Below are positions 12,961 through 26,530 of a stretch of 64,000 nt of DNA, piece by piece (the first letter of the stretch is position 1; every line of letters starts with the position of its first letter). Location: positions 3,410,001 through 3,474,000 of the forward strand of contig OX597822.1 of the NCBI GenBank assembly GCA_951406725.2, read 5' to 3'. Source of the stretch: Octopus vulgaris. Lineage: Eukaryota. A model generated the notes under the pieces. That model saw only the letters and a program-made list of their open reading frames with translations, had not been told where the DNA came from and ran no database searches. The translations under genes were made by a program, and so were the position numbers.

Positions 12961-13018
<58 letters not shown>

Positions 13019-13685
13019 ATAAATTAATAAATAAATAAAACATATGCATATATACATACATATATGTGTTCATACCTACCTCTACATGTATATATACATG
13101 CATATATTTGTACAGGACACCAAAAAAACGTCGAACACAATGAGAAACGAAAACATAAACACAAAACCAAGGAAATGGACATTTTTCTTAAACAACGAAA
13201 AGATAGAGTACAGGACAAATAGCACAAGGAAAATTCCCCTTCTTCAGTCGCCTCTATTTTATCAACTCCGCATTGCGAAGGTCATATATGTATGTATATA
13301 TAAAGAGAGAGAAAGGGGGGGGGGGATAAAATCAGAGATTTAAAAGTCGCATACAGATATATCATTTTACATATAAGTATGCCTATTTCCTAACCGATAT
13401 CTGTAGTCAATGCTTCTCCGCTTTTCACTTGTCATTCAATTTTATTCATTCATTCTGAAACGGAGTGCATCCTATGTTTGTCTACCTGCTGTCGACGAAG
13501 AGGATACAATATGTAAGGGATGTCACTTTTTACCTTTCCAGTTTCGTAGTACGAGTACCAGTAATAATCTTGCAGATTTTTGAAGACGGCAATACTTCAG
13601 TTATTGCAATAATCGTGCTCTTGTCATTAAAAAAGAAATATATGTATATATATATACTTTATTTATATATACTTTATTTATTTAA

Positions 13686-13717
<32 letters not shown>

Positions 13718-13873
13718 TTTGTTAAACAATACTGTCCGACGAACGGAAACGTGAGACTCCGAGTAACAGCTCTTGTTGAATTTCTGCTGCTTTTAAATAA
13801 AGCATATTACTCTACCTTTGGTATTGAGTACTCTTTTTCCCCACCTTGTTTCACATTTATGTGTTTACTCCGG

Positions 13874-13939
<66 letters not shown>

Positions 13940-14834
13940 GTTGCGGAAACCTTCTGGTGAATATATCTATATTTTGAGATGTCATAACCAATATTGATTC
14001 TTATTTATAAATTTCAAAGTTGGATGTCAGTTTTAATAACCTGACCTGATCTATTATCACGCCAGCGTTTGAAAATGACGAAGTGAAAGAAGACTATTAT
14101 TATGCACAGCAATAAGAACAAACATATCAACACATTACAACAACGGGAGTGATCAATTTCGGAAGAAACGAAAGCGAACAATAAACAAAATCCTCGTTTC
14201 CGAAGAATTTATTATTTTATTTATTTATTTTTCAGTTCTGTTAAATAAGATGCCTCCCAATATCAGTTAACGCACTTAACATATGCATATCCATATCGCG
14301 CTCGCATACGCACACACATACACATACACGCACATATATATACATATATATATATATATACGCGCACGACTATACAGATACATTTCGAAAACACATGTAT
14401 ATACGCTCACACTCGCACACATGTACCGTAGTACACTATTTAAATGTCTGTAAAATATTGTCTGTTAATATAAGTTAGTCTCAGATGCTTTCAAATTTGG
14501 GACAGTCTGATTTTATACTTTAGAGTCGAATGAGCCACGATAGAATCCTATGACAGAAATGGTAGCAGAAGGTTTGTAATGTAATAACTTAATCTTTATT
14601 CGTAATATTATCTGCTCTTATATTTATAGAACTCCTAGGCGTGGTCCAAAACTGATTGGCGTGAAGCCATACAAAAGTGCTCTCTCCTTCAACTATATTT
14701 TCTACTGCTACTTCACTCCACTCAGGCCCATCCGATTCACTCGCCTCTTCTCTCGAGGCACTTACCAGGGGTGCTGCAAACTTCTTGGCTTTAAGGGTAT
14801 CGGGAAAGGTTTGTTTGGGAGCCCAACCTTCCAA

Positions 14835-14981
14835 ATTCTTTAACAGGTGTTAGAAAATCTAAAGGATGCTGCAATAAAAGTGTGAATCTGAGAGGGGAAT
14901 ATGTTGAATAAAATCATAATTAAGTGATCCTTCTGTATTTTCTCTTACCCAAAGCCAGGAACTTTTCAACATCCCATCGTA
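14835..14981 (+). mobile_element. Mariner transposon 3' end remnant
   Basis: Encodes ..KSVNLRGEYVE* followed by a TIR-like aacttttcaacatcccatcg and TA. Confidence 0.6.
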
Positions 14982-16539
14982 TATTGTGGTCTAATTACAA
15001 TTCCATACACTGCACAAAGATACTTCATCCACTCTTTACTCAGTATATCTTCAGTTATTCGGAATCTCCTCCAAGATGCAATAATTTTTAATTTAACCGT
15101 CAACTCGCAATTGAACAAAAAGTACAACTGCATCACTAGAACCCGTTTCCCAGGTCTTGCATACATACTTTCTCCAAACCAAATATATTTTTTTCAAAAA
15201 GCATGACGCATTTTTCCGGCCCATGAATGATTCATCCAATCACCGTCCAAGTATTAATTAACATTAACTTCTTACACGTATCGTAAATATAAGTTCGCAG
15301 TGCATCGTTACCATTATTGATGCTAGTAAGGAATACTTCACTTTACGTACGTCGTAAATGTTTCTTAACAGAAAATATGAGCGACTTACACTCTCATATA
15401 CGTTCACTTCTCTTCATAACCAACTTTTCGTCTGTACACGAAATCAACATTTGTTGTTGTAAGAACATAAAAAATGTTTACAATTAAAAAACGAAAATAA
15501 AACTGAAACTCGGTTGCTTTCCCATGTGTCTTGCATGTTTCCCCTGTCCCATACACACCCCAAACCAAGCAGAAGTAGTTCGTCGATGTTCTTTACGAAT
15601 ATAAAGTATGTAAATATGCGATGCTGGAATAGAAGCAAGAGAGTTCCGTATTGATTTTTGTTCTTACATTACATGTAGACGATCTCTGCATTTGTAGATG
15701 TTTGGCTGTGGGTTGAGAATGTGCATGTGTGGGTGATTGTATTTATTCTTATATAATCCTTGTTTACGTTAGGAAATACTTGGCAGGCGCTGAAATGAGA
15801 TGCATCGAGGAAGTAAAATACAAGGCAGAGGTAAAGGAAGAAAAAAAATTTCATTTTAAACATATTTTTCTACGTATAATAGTATTTCCCTTTCACTAAA
15901 ACGAAAACAAGAAAGGTAGATCAGCTTAGCTTTGAATCAACAAGAGGATATATGAAAAATGCACAATGAAAACTGGGATTATTGCTAACCTTTTGAATGT
16001 TTGGGGTACATGGTACGATGCAGAACAAAGGACTCGGAGAAGTGAGACATAATAGAAGAACTGGTTCCAGGCAGACTGCGATAGAGAAAATAATCTTGAT
16101 CTACCCATTTCTGTGGATTTTCAATAATCTTTGGCATGCTTGTCTTCATTTCACTTACTTCCAAATGAGAGTCACTAAAAATATATTTTAAGTTAAAATC
16201 ATATTTATTTTAGGGCTACTGCATAATATTGTTCTTGTTCTATGATATTTACACATGTTCAAACATATACTACCCCTTTATGCGCTGAGCTGAAATTTCG
16301 TGGAGATCAAATTGTCATTTCATGCGCCAAGAGGGATAATAAAGTAACGAGTTCGATTTAAGTGATGTCAGTACTGACGTCATGCATAAGCCATGAGCAG
16401 ACCTACTTGCATAACTGGTATACAAACAAACAAGACGAAGATAAATATCATCGAATATAAATAATGTAAATAATGTTGATAAAACAATATAATTCTTAAG
16501 TAGCTGTTCGATATAATCAAGTAACCACTTCTCTCAGTT

Positions 16540-16856
16540 TTCAGGTCTTGCACCAGTCATAGCACTCTGTCGGATTACTCCTGATCCGATCAGGGAACCA
16601 CCTGTTTATGAAATTGAGGTGCAAGTGGCTGAGCACTCCACAGACAGGCGTAAACTTAACGTAGTTCTTAAAGAGATTCAGCATGACACAGAATGTGGAA
16701 AGGCTGCCGTTTGCAGTACAGGTACTACTCATTTTTGCCAGATGAGTGGATTGGAGCAATGCGAAATAAATTGTCTCGCTCAAAGACACAACACGTCACG
16801 TGGAATCGAACTCGCGACCTTATGATCGTAGGCCGAATAACCTAACCATTATGCTA
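16540..16856 (-). mobile_element. SINE family C-related element with long tail
   Basis: Minus-strand head taatggttaggttattcggcc..gcgagttcgattcc, followed by gtgttgtgtctttgagcgagacaatttatt..aaaatgagtag. Confidence 0.65.
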
Positions 16857-16956
16857 CAAACTTTACCTATATACCATAACAGATCCGCGCGTAAATCTTC
16901 GTCTAAATCGTTAGGGATTTATGCTTCAACGAGTCTTCTGTTTATATTTTTTAACA

Positions 16957-17130
16957 GGCGCCGACCTGGCAGAATCGTTAGCACGCCGAGCAGAAAGCTT
17001 AGTGGCAAATCGTTCATTTTTACGTTCGGAGTTCATCCTTTCGTGGTCGATGAAATAAGTACCAGTTGAACACTGGGGTCAATTAGCACCAGCCTAACGA
17101 ATTTGCTGACCTTGTGCCAAAATTCAGAAC
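16957..17130 (+). mobile_element. SINE family B, degenerate and internally deleted
   Basis: ggcgccgacctggcagaatcgttagcacgccg..catcctttcgtggtcgatgaaataagtaccag. Confidence 0.75.
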
Positions 17131-17639
17131 CGTATCACGTTCAGGAAGATAAGATACAACAATGCAATTTAAGATAGTACTGAAAAAGGAGGTGTGGTCA
17201 CAGCATGAATGCATTTATTTAAAGATTGGCTGAACCCGACGTAACAGGTCAAATTAACCCCTGTCCAGAATAAGCCCGGGTATAGTTTGGCCCAGGCCAG
17301 AGTATACACCGCGGGATAAACTGTCTTAGGACAAAGTATATTTGAGGATGTAAAATGTCTAGGCCCAGACCAGAATATACCCAGACTAACATGGTAGTCA
17401 ATCTCAAACAACGTCTCCTTAATTAATGCATATTTTCAGAGTCGTGAATTGCGACTTGATTTTAACAGTAAATTTGTTGCATTTTCAATTTGTTATCAAG
17501 ACAGGACAAATATTTTCTACCTTTTTTGATTAAACAGTTACAGACCAAACATATTCGTCCCGCTTAACTGAATCGGGGGATTTAAAATGGAGGACAGTGA
17601 AGAAATGCCATATTTTAATAACTTAAAACAGACTTGCTG

Positions 17640-18025
17640 TTTTACTTGTTTCAGTCATTTGACTGCAGCCATGCTGGATCACCGCCTTTAGTCGAGCAAA
17701 TGGACCCCAGGACTTATTCTTTGTAAGCCTAGTACTTATTCTATCGGTCTCTTTTGTTGAACCGCTAAGGTACGGGGACGTGAACACACCAGCATCTGTT
17801 GTCAAGCGATGTTGGGGGTACAAACACAGACACACAAACATATACACACACATACATATATATACACATATACGACGGGCTTCTTTCAGTTTTCGTCTAC
17901 CAAATCCACTCACAAGGCTTTGGTCGGCCCGAGGCTATAGTAGAAGACACTTGCCCAAGGTGCCATGAACCCGGAACCATGTGGCTGGTAAGCAAGCTAC
18001 TTACCACACAGCCACTCCTACGACT
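17640..18025 (-). mobile_element. SINE family A inserted into the Ginger element
   Basis: Near full-length reverse-complement match to 2309-2733. Confidence 0.9.
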
Positions 18026-18099
18026 TATTTTTAAATTATTCAACTTTGACCAAGTTAGACTCCCAGTGGCAAAATAATTTAACATATTGTGTCTTATCT

Positions 18100-19909
18100 T
18101 TTTATCTTCTCATCTGCTTCCTCTAACACCAAACTCTTGAAAACCGAGGAACGTCTACCCCCAGAGAAACGTGTAAACTCTAATTCCCAGTTCAGACAAA
18201 CAACTAAATCATATCGGACAGAAGGAGGAATTCCTTACCGTGGAGCAAATGAGTCTCTCACTAAAAGCTGATTGCTATATATCCTGAAGGCCTGCCATGG
18301 CAACTCAATTACTGGTGGCCATTTTGGCAATGAAGAGTGACGTTCACTAAAATATCAAAGCCTGCTCAAAATGTGTTGTGATAAATCCCAAAATTAGCAA
18401 GGAGGCTCATCCACTTATATACCAGCACCCAGAAATGTATGGAACATATTCGGGATTGAAATGATTGATCCCTTTAAGGAAACGTCAAACGACAACAAAT
18501 ATATAGTTGCTGCCAATGATCATTTCTCCAAATGGACTGAAGCAACAGCTGTTCCAGACAAGAGTGTGAAGTCAATAGCAAATTATTCTACTCCGTTATT
18601 TGCCACCTTGACTGTATGAACACTCTGAATAGCTGCCAGGGACGAGAGTTTGTGAACTCGATCATCAACAACTTGATGGCGCATTTCCGAAAAGGTCGCT
18701 GCGTTTCATCTGCCTACCACCCACAAACAAATGGCCAGCGGGAACGTGACAATCGAACACTCAAAGAATTTCTTAGTCAATGATCAAAGAAACAACTGGA
18801 ACCAGTTCCTTCCTGGTGTTCCGTCTGTTTATCACACAACAAAGCATGCCTCAACCAAGTGCATTCCATTTGAAGTCATGTGCGAACGGAAGGCAAAGCT
18901 TCCTATGGACCTCAAACCTTCAGAAGATGACACGATGGTCCCCAAGCTGATGCCAACGCTGATGTTCTGGATACACTGACAACCATTCATAAATAACTCC
19001 GTTTAACCGTTGTTACCAACATCCACTCTGCCGATCTGCCGAGGAAGACTAGAAGAGAGCTTTTGATTTCCGACAGAACAGCGGCAAATAAATCACTGCT
19101 TGCTCCATCAATAATCAGAACCGTATTAATCGCATGAGTTTAAAGATGGAACGACGCTGAATCGGACCCGACTTAATTCTGGAATCCCTGACCAAGGGAT
19201 GAGTAAGATTTTAGAACAATAACACTGACAAGATACTGAGCAACTCCTATCACGCCAGCAACCTTAAGATTTACGAATATGAAGTAGTTTCTCTATCACT
19301 CTAGTCTCCTGATGATTGTCCCAGTGTCTCTACTGATGACAACCCAAAGCAAAAGACACTCCAAAGATCACGTGAAGAACCAAGCAATGATGACATCTAC
19401 ATCTCACAGAAAGACGAGCAGACCAAGACTTTCAGCCCACTACCAAGTTCTGGAAGTATCTTAGCACTACTCTTGGCCTTGCGTTTGGAGAGTTTGAGTA
19501 CTATGGACATACAAGGGGCCTTGGTCAAACACATATAAAACCAAAGGTAATAGGAACTTCTACTCTTGGGCCACCAGCTACTTCTTGACCGGGTCAGAGG
19601 ACAACCCCTCTCTTCTCAGAAATAAATTCGCTCATTATAGGAACACTGACTTGAGAAAAAGCTACAGGACTACTTGAACCAAAATGTGAGTGAATATGTG
19701 AACCATTCTATCATTTCTCATGATGAGCAACTGATGCAGAGAAAATCCCCATAGCGATTCTCTTGAGCTGCAACATCGTCATCCACACAGAATCAGTGAC
19801 TCAATGGATTGGTTGACCTATCCTGCAAGCTTGAATCTGCCGTCAACAACAAAATGTACTTTGGCTTGAAAACAAGCAGGATCATTTTGATGTTGTTATT
19901 AGTGTTTAA
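18100..19909 (+). pseudogene. Ginger transposase/integrase-OTU pseudogene (stops and frameshifts)
   Basis: ILKACHGNSITGGHFG..ACSKC (HHCC); VWNIFGIEMIDPFKETSNDNKYIVAANDHFSKWTEATAVPDKS..LNSCQGREFVN..SAYHPQTNGQRERDNRTLK (rve core); KMERR*IGPDLILE (GPY/F); KGNRNFYSWATSYFLTGSEDN..ATDAE..WLTYP..LENKQDHFDVVISV* (OTU, about 19535-19909). Confidence 0.8.
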
Positions 19910-21867
19910 CTTTCACAGCATTTATATTGTAGCTAGAAACTTGCTAGTCTTAGAGGCTGAAGTTCCAGGACATTATAGCTTTTAATAGAATATGACCAGT
20001 AGAATTAATCTAACATTATGTTACAATTGCATTATAAAGTTTTGGGTAGGGGTATTTATATTAATGTGTAAACACTACTGAGAAGTCTGGTAGTAATCTG
20101 TGATCCTTTGGAGGTCTAATATTTTCAAAGATTGAATTTTTTCTGGATGAATTAATTAAAGTCTATATGTTTAGGGTTTTAAGATTTAAGTCAGTTAGCT
20201 TTCTCAATTAACTGACCTGACAAAGCTAAATCCACATAAAATGTGAAAAATTAAGTACTTGTTGCGTATATCACACAACACTACTAATAACATGGGGGCA
20301 TGATCTGGCCTGAGGGGAATATAAATTGGCCTAGGTCATAATGTACTCGATGTATAATCTAGCCTAGGACCTTTTAAACCCAGGTATAGTCCGGACTGGG
20401 GGTATACTCTGGTCTGTTACGCAGGAACTAACTTAGTATTAAACAACGTTTGAGAACCTTATTTCAACTGTGTGATACAAGAAAATGTTACAGATTATCA
20501 ATAATCCTTTCAGTGAAGAGATTGTTATTTATCTGGACACGAAAATTACATGCAATCCACTTTCATGCACTCCCAAAGTTCTTTAAGAATCAATTGGTTA
20601 ATGTACAAATTTCTGGTACATCAAAATTTTGTCGTCCTAAATTTACAGTTTCAGCCGAAAGCACTACATAAATATCTATACAATTTTAGAATATTAACGG
20701 AATTATCACAAAGGCAATTCTTGTAAGTTGTATGAAAATAAATTATTTATTTGATTTATTACAAAGCTGGCCAGACTTGCTTAGTGTGAGAGACATATTA
20801 CAATAAACAGCAGGAGTTTTAGCCGAAGTGTCACGTTAATAGTTAAATTAACAATTGTTAAAATAACAATTTGTTATTTACATATTAAAGCTGCCGATGC
20901 ACAGACTGTGTCCATAAATTAATAGAAGGCTTCACATTATTCTTTACTCTTTTACTGTCCTCTGCCACTGGACTGCAGCTGTGCTGGAGCAGAATCTTCA
21001 AGGGATTTACGTAAATCTCATCGATTCTTGCTAATATTTCAGCCCGTTATTTATAATATTTTATAGATATCTGTTTATCATCGAAAGACTAAATTTATCG
21101 TTTTGGATGGATGTTGTATTTTTTACATAAATGCACGAAGTCAGCTACAACGGTTTACAACGATAAACATGCACACGTACGTACATATATATGTACACAC
21201 ACCCACAGACACACACACACACACACGCACAGACATACACACACAAAGACGCACACACATACACGCACACACACTCGCACACACACACTTTCACGCACAC
21301 TCAGGCTGCATGTGCCTCTGGAGTTGATCAAGTGACGCAGACACATATGATAAGGGTTGTTCATCGTTTTTCAATCAGCGGAGAAATAGATAAATTGAAC
21401 TTGTTTGTACGTACAATACGTATGTTTATTTACATACACACACATATATATATATACGCACACACATGGTGGCTGCTTCCTCATTATCGAGTATGGCCAT
21501 TGCACGAAGCTTAATCAATGTTGTTATCGTGCAATGCCTGTGCAAGAAGATTTTTTTAAAGTGAGGAAAGGCTGTGCACTGAGTCAATCTAACTCACTAA
21601 GCAACAGGAACCATAATCCGGAAAGAACAAGTCAATATCATCGGTAACCACTGAGCCGCAGGTTTTATGTCAGAGTTATCCCAGTTATCTGAGTTACCTT
21701 CTCCTAGAAGGATGCCCTAACAAAGGCTAGGAGTCCTTCACTTCCAATGGTTTAACCGCGCGATCGGGTATTCGGGTATTCAGTCCGATTATTTCTATAT
21801 CCCCGCGTACACACATACATACCTATTTACCAACCTACCTACCTACCTACCTACATACATACATACA

Positions 21868-21901
<34 letters not shown>

Positions 21902-22999
21902 CATATATACAGACACACACACACATATATATATACACGCGCCCGCGCACACACAAACATACACACGCACACACACACACACACACACATATATACATAT
22001 ATATATATGATGGGTTTCTTCACATTTTCCGTCTCCCAAATTTCGCTCACGGAGTATTTGCCAACCTGACGCTATCGTAGAAGACTCATTCAAAGATAAC
22101 CATGATACGGGACGAAAACGAGATTTACGTCAATGCCACACAAACTCACTAATCGCATAGTTACGTTTATAATTATCGACATCTAATATATTATTTGAGG
22201 ATACTGAAAAGGAAGCTTGTTTAGGCGTTTGCATTATTAGAAATCTAGTTGAGAAATACTTAATTTCCAGTCTATCTTTTTATGTAAATAATGCCTTCGC
22301 TTTCTTTCTCCTTCACGGTTCGGAGTAAAATTGTATACTAAACGGTTGCCGGTGCTAAGAGAAAAGGGTGTACCTTTTACAGAATCTCAGAAGTGGTTCT
22401 TTAGAGATTTACCGAAGTTATTTCCACAATTTCTGCATTAAATAGAAACCAGATATATCCGGATCGAGATCCATGACTTGGCTACGCTACTTCAATTACA
22501 TAATATCTTACAGATAATCTTCCAGTGATTTCAAATTGCCAATCCTACATTTGATTCTCAATAATACAATCATTGTTTTCATATTTTCAAATCGATACAA
22601 ACGCAGTATAAGAGACTAGAAAATTTATAATTCTGACTTATTTTCGTTTACTGTATTTTATATAGCAAAAGGCGAACTACAGCGCCATATTTAGATCTTC
22701 CCACAAAGCTAATCAACTACTCCACTGCATGTATTATGGTGATAATATTGAATAAACATCGTAAAACTCTTCCATTTCCTTGGTGATGTATAACGGTGGA
22801 GAATATATGAATGTATGTATGTATGTATGTATGTATGTATGTATGTATGTATGTACGTGTGTATGTATATATGTCCGTCCGTCAGTCTGTTTGTCTGTAG
22901 GTATGTTTGTTTGTATGTATGACTCTTCTGTATTTAATCATTTAGTTTATTCCTATTAAGAACGAACTGATTTCTAATAAAGATGCAAATCTTCATCTT

Positions 23000-23650
23000 T
23001 GGAATATAGATAACGAAAACAGTTTCAAATGTTAAACCTGAGACATTCCCTTGCAGATTGTATAGGTAAACCAGACTTATTCAAACTTATAGAACCATGT
23101 GCTCCAATTATTACTGATATAATGTGTAAATTTGTGATCCGGATATAAAAGCAGGAGGTTTTGAAGCAGTTGTCCATAGTTCTCTTTTTTCTTTTTGATT
23201 TTCTAAGAGATATTCACATCAGCTGGATACCTGACCTCCATAACTGTACATACTTTTTCTTGTCTCTCCCAAACCACAATATCCTGCATGTTATGCTTAC
23301 ACTTAACAGAGGGGAATGTTCTATCAGCATCCATTATGCTGATATTTGTATACCTATTCAATAACAGGGGGAATCTCTATATTTATCCCGGGACTGCCTT
23401 TCTTTCGAATGACGTTGTGTATTGTTTTTATGGCAGCGTCATGGCGCACAGGACAGTTGGACTTTGATGACATTTTTGGGCAGCTGCTAACCACATGCTT
23501 GATGTCTTCCACAGAAATAGGACATAATCTACATTTATGGTTGTATATTAGAATTCCTCTTATCTCTTTTATTGACTAGTTATTTAGTAGCTATATCTTG
23601 TTCTTGGATTGCAAATGCATAGCCTTTGAAGTCTGATGTGATGGAGCGAT
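23000..23650 (-). mobile_element. R4/Dong-clade non-LTR retrotransposon C-terminal remnant (CCHC plus REL endonuclease), old
   Basis: Minus strand FKGYAFAIQEQDIATK..KCRLCPISVEDIKHVVSSCPKMS..PVRHDAAIK.., followed by a degenerate restriction-like endonuclease. Confidence 0.75.
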
Positions 23651-23701
23651 CACAAATATATATCCACCCACCACACGCATATATATATATATATATATAT
23701 A

Positions 23702-24070
23702 TGACAAGTTTCTTTCAGTTTCTATCTACGAAATCCACTCACAGAGCTTTGAAGGCGGTGAGCTGGCAGAAACGTTAGCACGCCGGGCGAAATGCGTAGC
23801 CGAATTTCGTCTGGCGTTACGTTCTGAGTTCAAATTCCGCCGAGGTCGACTTTGCCTTTCATCCTTTCGGGGTCGATAAATTAGGTACCAGTCACGCACT
23901 GTGGTCGATGTAATCGAGTTAATCCGTTTGTCTGTCCTTCTTTGTCCTCTCTGTGTTTAGCTCCTTGTGGGTAGTATAGAAATAGGTCGGCCTTGGCTAT
24001 AGTAGAAGAAATTTGGCCATGGTGCCATGCAGAATCAGATGGTTGGGAAGCAAACTTCTTACGACAAAGC
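23702..24070 (-). mobile_element. Degenerate SINE A (minus) interrupted by a full-length young SINE B (+, about 23752-23986)
   Basis: Family A gctttg|gtcggcc is split by aaggcggtgagctggcagaaacgttagc...gtagtatagaaatag. Confidence 0.85.
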
Positions 24071-24675
24071 CGGAGATCATTCACTGAATATCTTATATTG
24101 TACATTTTCTGTCCTTAACAGACGCAGATTCGTTAGAGCTCCATATAGGATAACGAGCTACTTCATTAAAATAATGATAGAGATAATATTCTTTCGCCAA
24201 CATAGTACAATTATTATTAAATAAGTCATATATTTTGGAGCATATTTATTCGTTTAATCTTTGCTTCATCTCGACAAACACTCTTGTACGTGGTGCGCGC
24301 GCACGGTATTGTATATTATATCCATACAAGTACGTACATATATGTATTTTGGTCTATGTATATATTTGTGTATGTGTGTATATATATATATATATATGGG
24401 GAGTGCATATGTATATATATGACATATACACATATATATATATGCACATACATTATATATGTATATATATATATATATATATATACATACATACATACAC
24501 ACAAACATATGTATATATATATATGGGGGCTGCATATGTATACATACGACATATACACATATATATACGCACATACATTATATATGTATATATATATACA
24601 TACATACACACAAACACACATATATATATGAGTGTTTATTTGCGTGTGCCTGTATTTATATACACTTAGATTCAG

Positions 24676-24722
<47 letters not shown>

Positions 24723-26152
24723 GACTCAAACACACACGCTCACAGATATGCATACATACATAGATACATAGATACATACATACATACATACATACATACA
24801 TACATACATACATACATACATACATACATACATACATACATACATGCATACATGCGTGCATACATATATACATCCTTCTTGAAGCTTCAATTATAAATTT
24901 CAAAGATTAATATAATTACATTCAAACATAAGACTAACAATCAGTATTAATCTTCTTGTTCCAACCAGATTTCAGTGACGTTGGAGAACTCATTTCCATG
25001 GAAGAATCGACGATGTGTGTGTGTGTGTGGGTACATAAGTTATTTTATAATATAACATATGCACCCACACACATACACTCATACACATAAACATACATAA
25101 ACATACATATACATTCACACTCAGAGAGAAAAGATATGTTTCTGAGTATACGAACAACTATATTTTCTGTTTCTGTCTTCGGCTTTTTGTCCTTCTCTCT
25201 CTGTCTCTCTCTCTCTGTCTCTCTCTCTCTTTCTATCTCTCTCTCCCTCTCCCTCTTTGCCTCCCTCCCATTCCCTCTTAGACACACACACATACATACA
25301 CACATACACACACATTTTATAATTGAGCATCCTTCTTATCCGGAATCCTTACAATTTTCCAAGCAAAGTAATCTTTTCCCCCATGGTCGGACATGTTGCT
25401 AAGGAAGATTGAAAAATGAAAGACTTTCCTTGCAAGACGACGAGGTCTGTTTATAATTGTCATACAATATCAATACACGTACACATTCATACACAAACAG
25501 ACGTACCGCCGTACACACGTACACACACACACACATACAAGGCGGTGGAATTTCAATTTCAGTCTACCATATTAACTCACTAGACTGAACGCTTTGGTGC
25601 AAAAGAAGAAACTAGATTCAAGGTGCAACGCTGCAGAAATGAAACAGAAACAATATGGCTGGAAAACACTTTTGAACACACTTATAACATTGCGAGTTCT
25701 TCATTTTTTTAAATTTTATTCTATTAATTTTTGGCATTGTACGAAGGCATTCATTCCAAGAGTCTCTCAATGATATCAACTACAGTCCTTATTTCGAACT
25801 GCTATTCATTTTATCAATCAGTTTTCTTAAATGGCTACGATAAGGTTTGCTATACGAACATGTGAATAACTAGTCGTATAGAATTCGGAGAAACTAACCG
25901 TGTTCTGTGCAGTTTGTATTTAAACGTAATCACATTTGTGGATCTTAAGTAAGTTACTGATTTCCCGTCAGCCATTACAGTCTTATCGTTCATTAATATA
26001 CTAATCAAATCGATCGAGTTCCGAACGTAAAACTATTTCAAAAGTTTGTTTTTTCAATTGCTATTCATACATGTAAAATCTACCTTACATTTCAGGATAC
26101 ATGCCTATATATGTATATGTATATATGTATGTATGACGGAATGTATGTATGC

Positions 26153-26215
<63 letters not shown>

Positions 26216-26318
26216 TTAGGGAATAAATCCAAATTCACAGGGAAAAATCAGATTTAGGATTGAATCCAATTTTATAGTAAAATTCATAGTTTAAAACTCG
26301 CCAAGAAGGTTTTGAAAG

Positions 26319-26366
26319 CACCTGAAGAATGTCTCAAAGATGTGCTGACACGAAACGATCGTAGTG
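26319..26366 (+). ncRNA. Minimal type I hammerhead ribozyme motif (Penelope-like fragment)
   Basis: cac-CTGAAGA-a-tgtc..gaca-c-GAAAC-gatc-GTA-gtg: stem I cac/gtg, palindromic stem III ACGATCGT, GUA cleavage triplet; the base of stem II is imperfect. Confidence 0.6.
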
Positions 26367-26464
26367 GTTATTTATAATTGTTAAATTTTAATTTATATAA
26401 ATTACTTTATGTATTGGCTTAAGTCTTTCTTTGTTTGATTTGCATAATAGTGGTTTTGTCTCTA

Positions 26465-26530
<66 letters not shown>

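Larger units (their letters stand above)
17240..20421 (+). mobile_element. Ginger1-type DNA transposon (Gypsy-like integrase plus C-terminal OTU domain), decayed, with imperfect long TIRs
   Basis: Ends cgtaacag..ctgttacg with degenerate inverted subterminal repeats (ccagagtatac / gtatactctgg). Internal HHCC, DDE, GPY/F and OTU motifs are present; no RT, RNase H or LTRs seen. Confidence 0.8.

Noticed and set aside
13230-13285. Possible type II hammerhead (CTGAAGA on the minus strand)
   Set aside because: The GAAA and NUH elements and stems cannot be assembled in this copy.
18100-19300. Gypsy LTR-retrotransposon integrase
   Set aside because: No RT, RNase H or LTRs nearby; inverted termini and the OTU domain fit Ginger1 better.
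22326-22441. Plus-strand open stretch KLYTKRLPVLREKGVPFTESQKWFFRDLPKLFPQFLH* after a pyrimidine tract
   Set aside because: Atypical acceptor (ggag), no recognisable homology and no partner exons.
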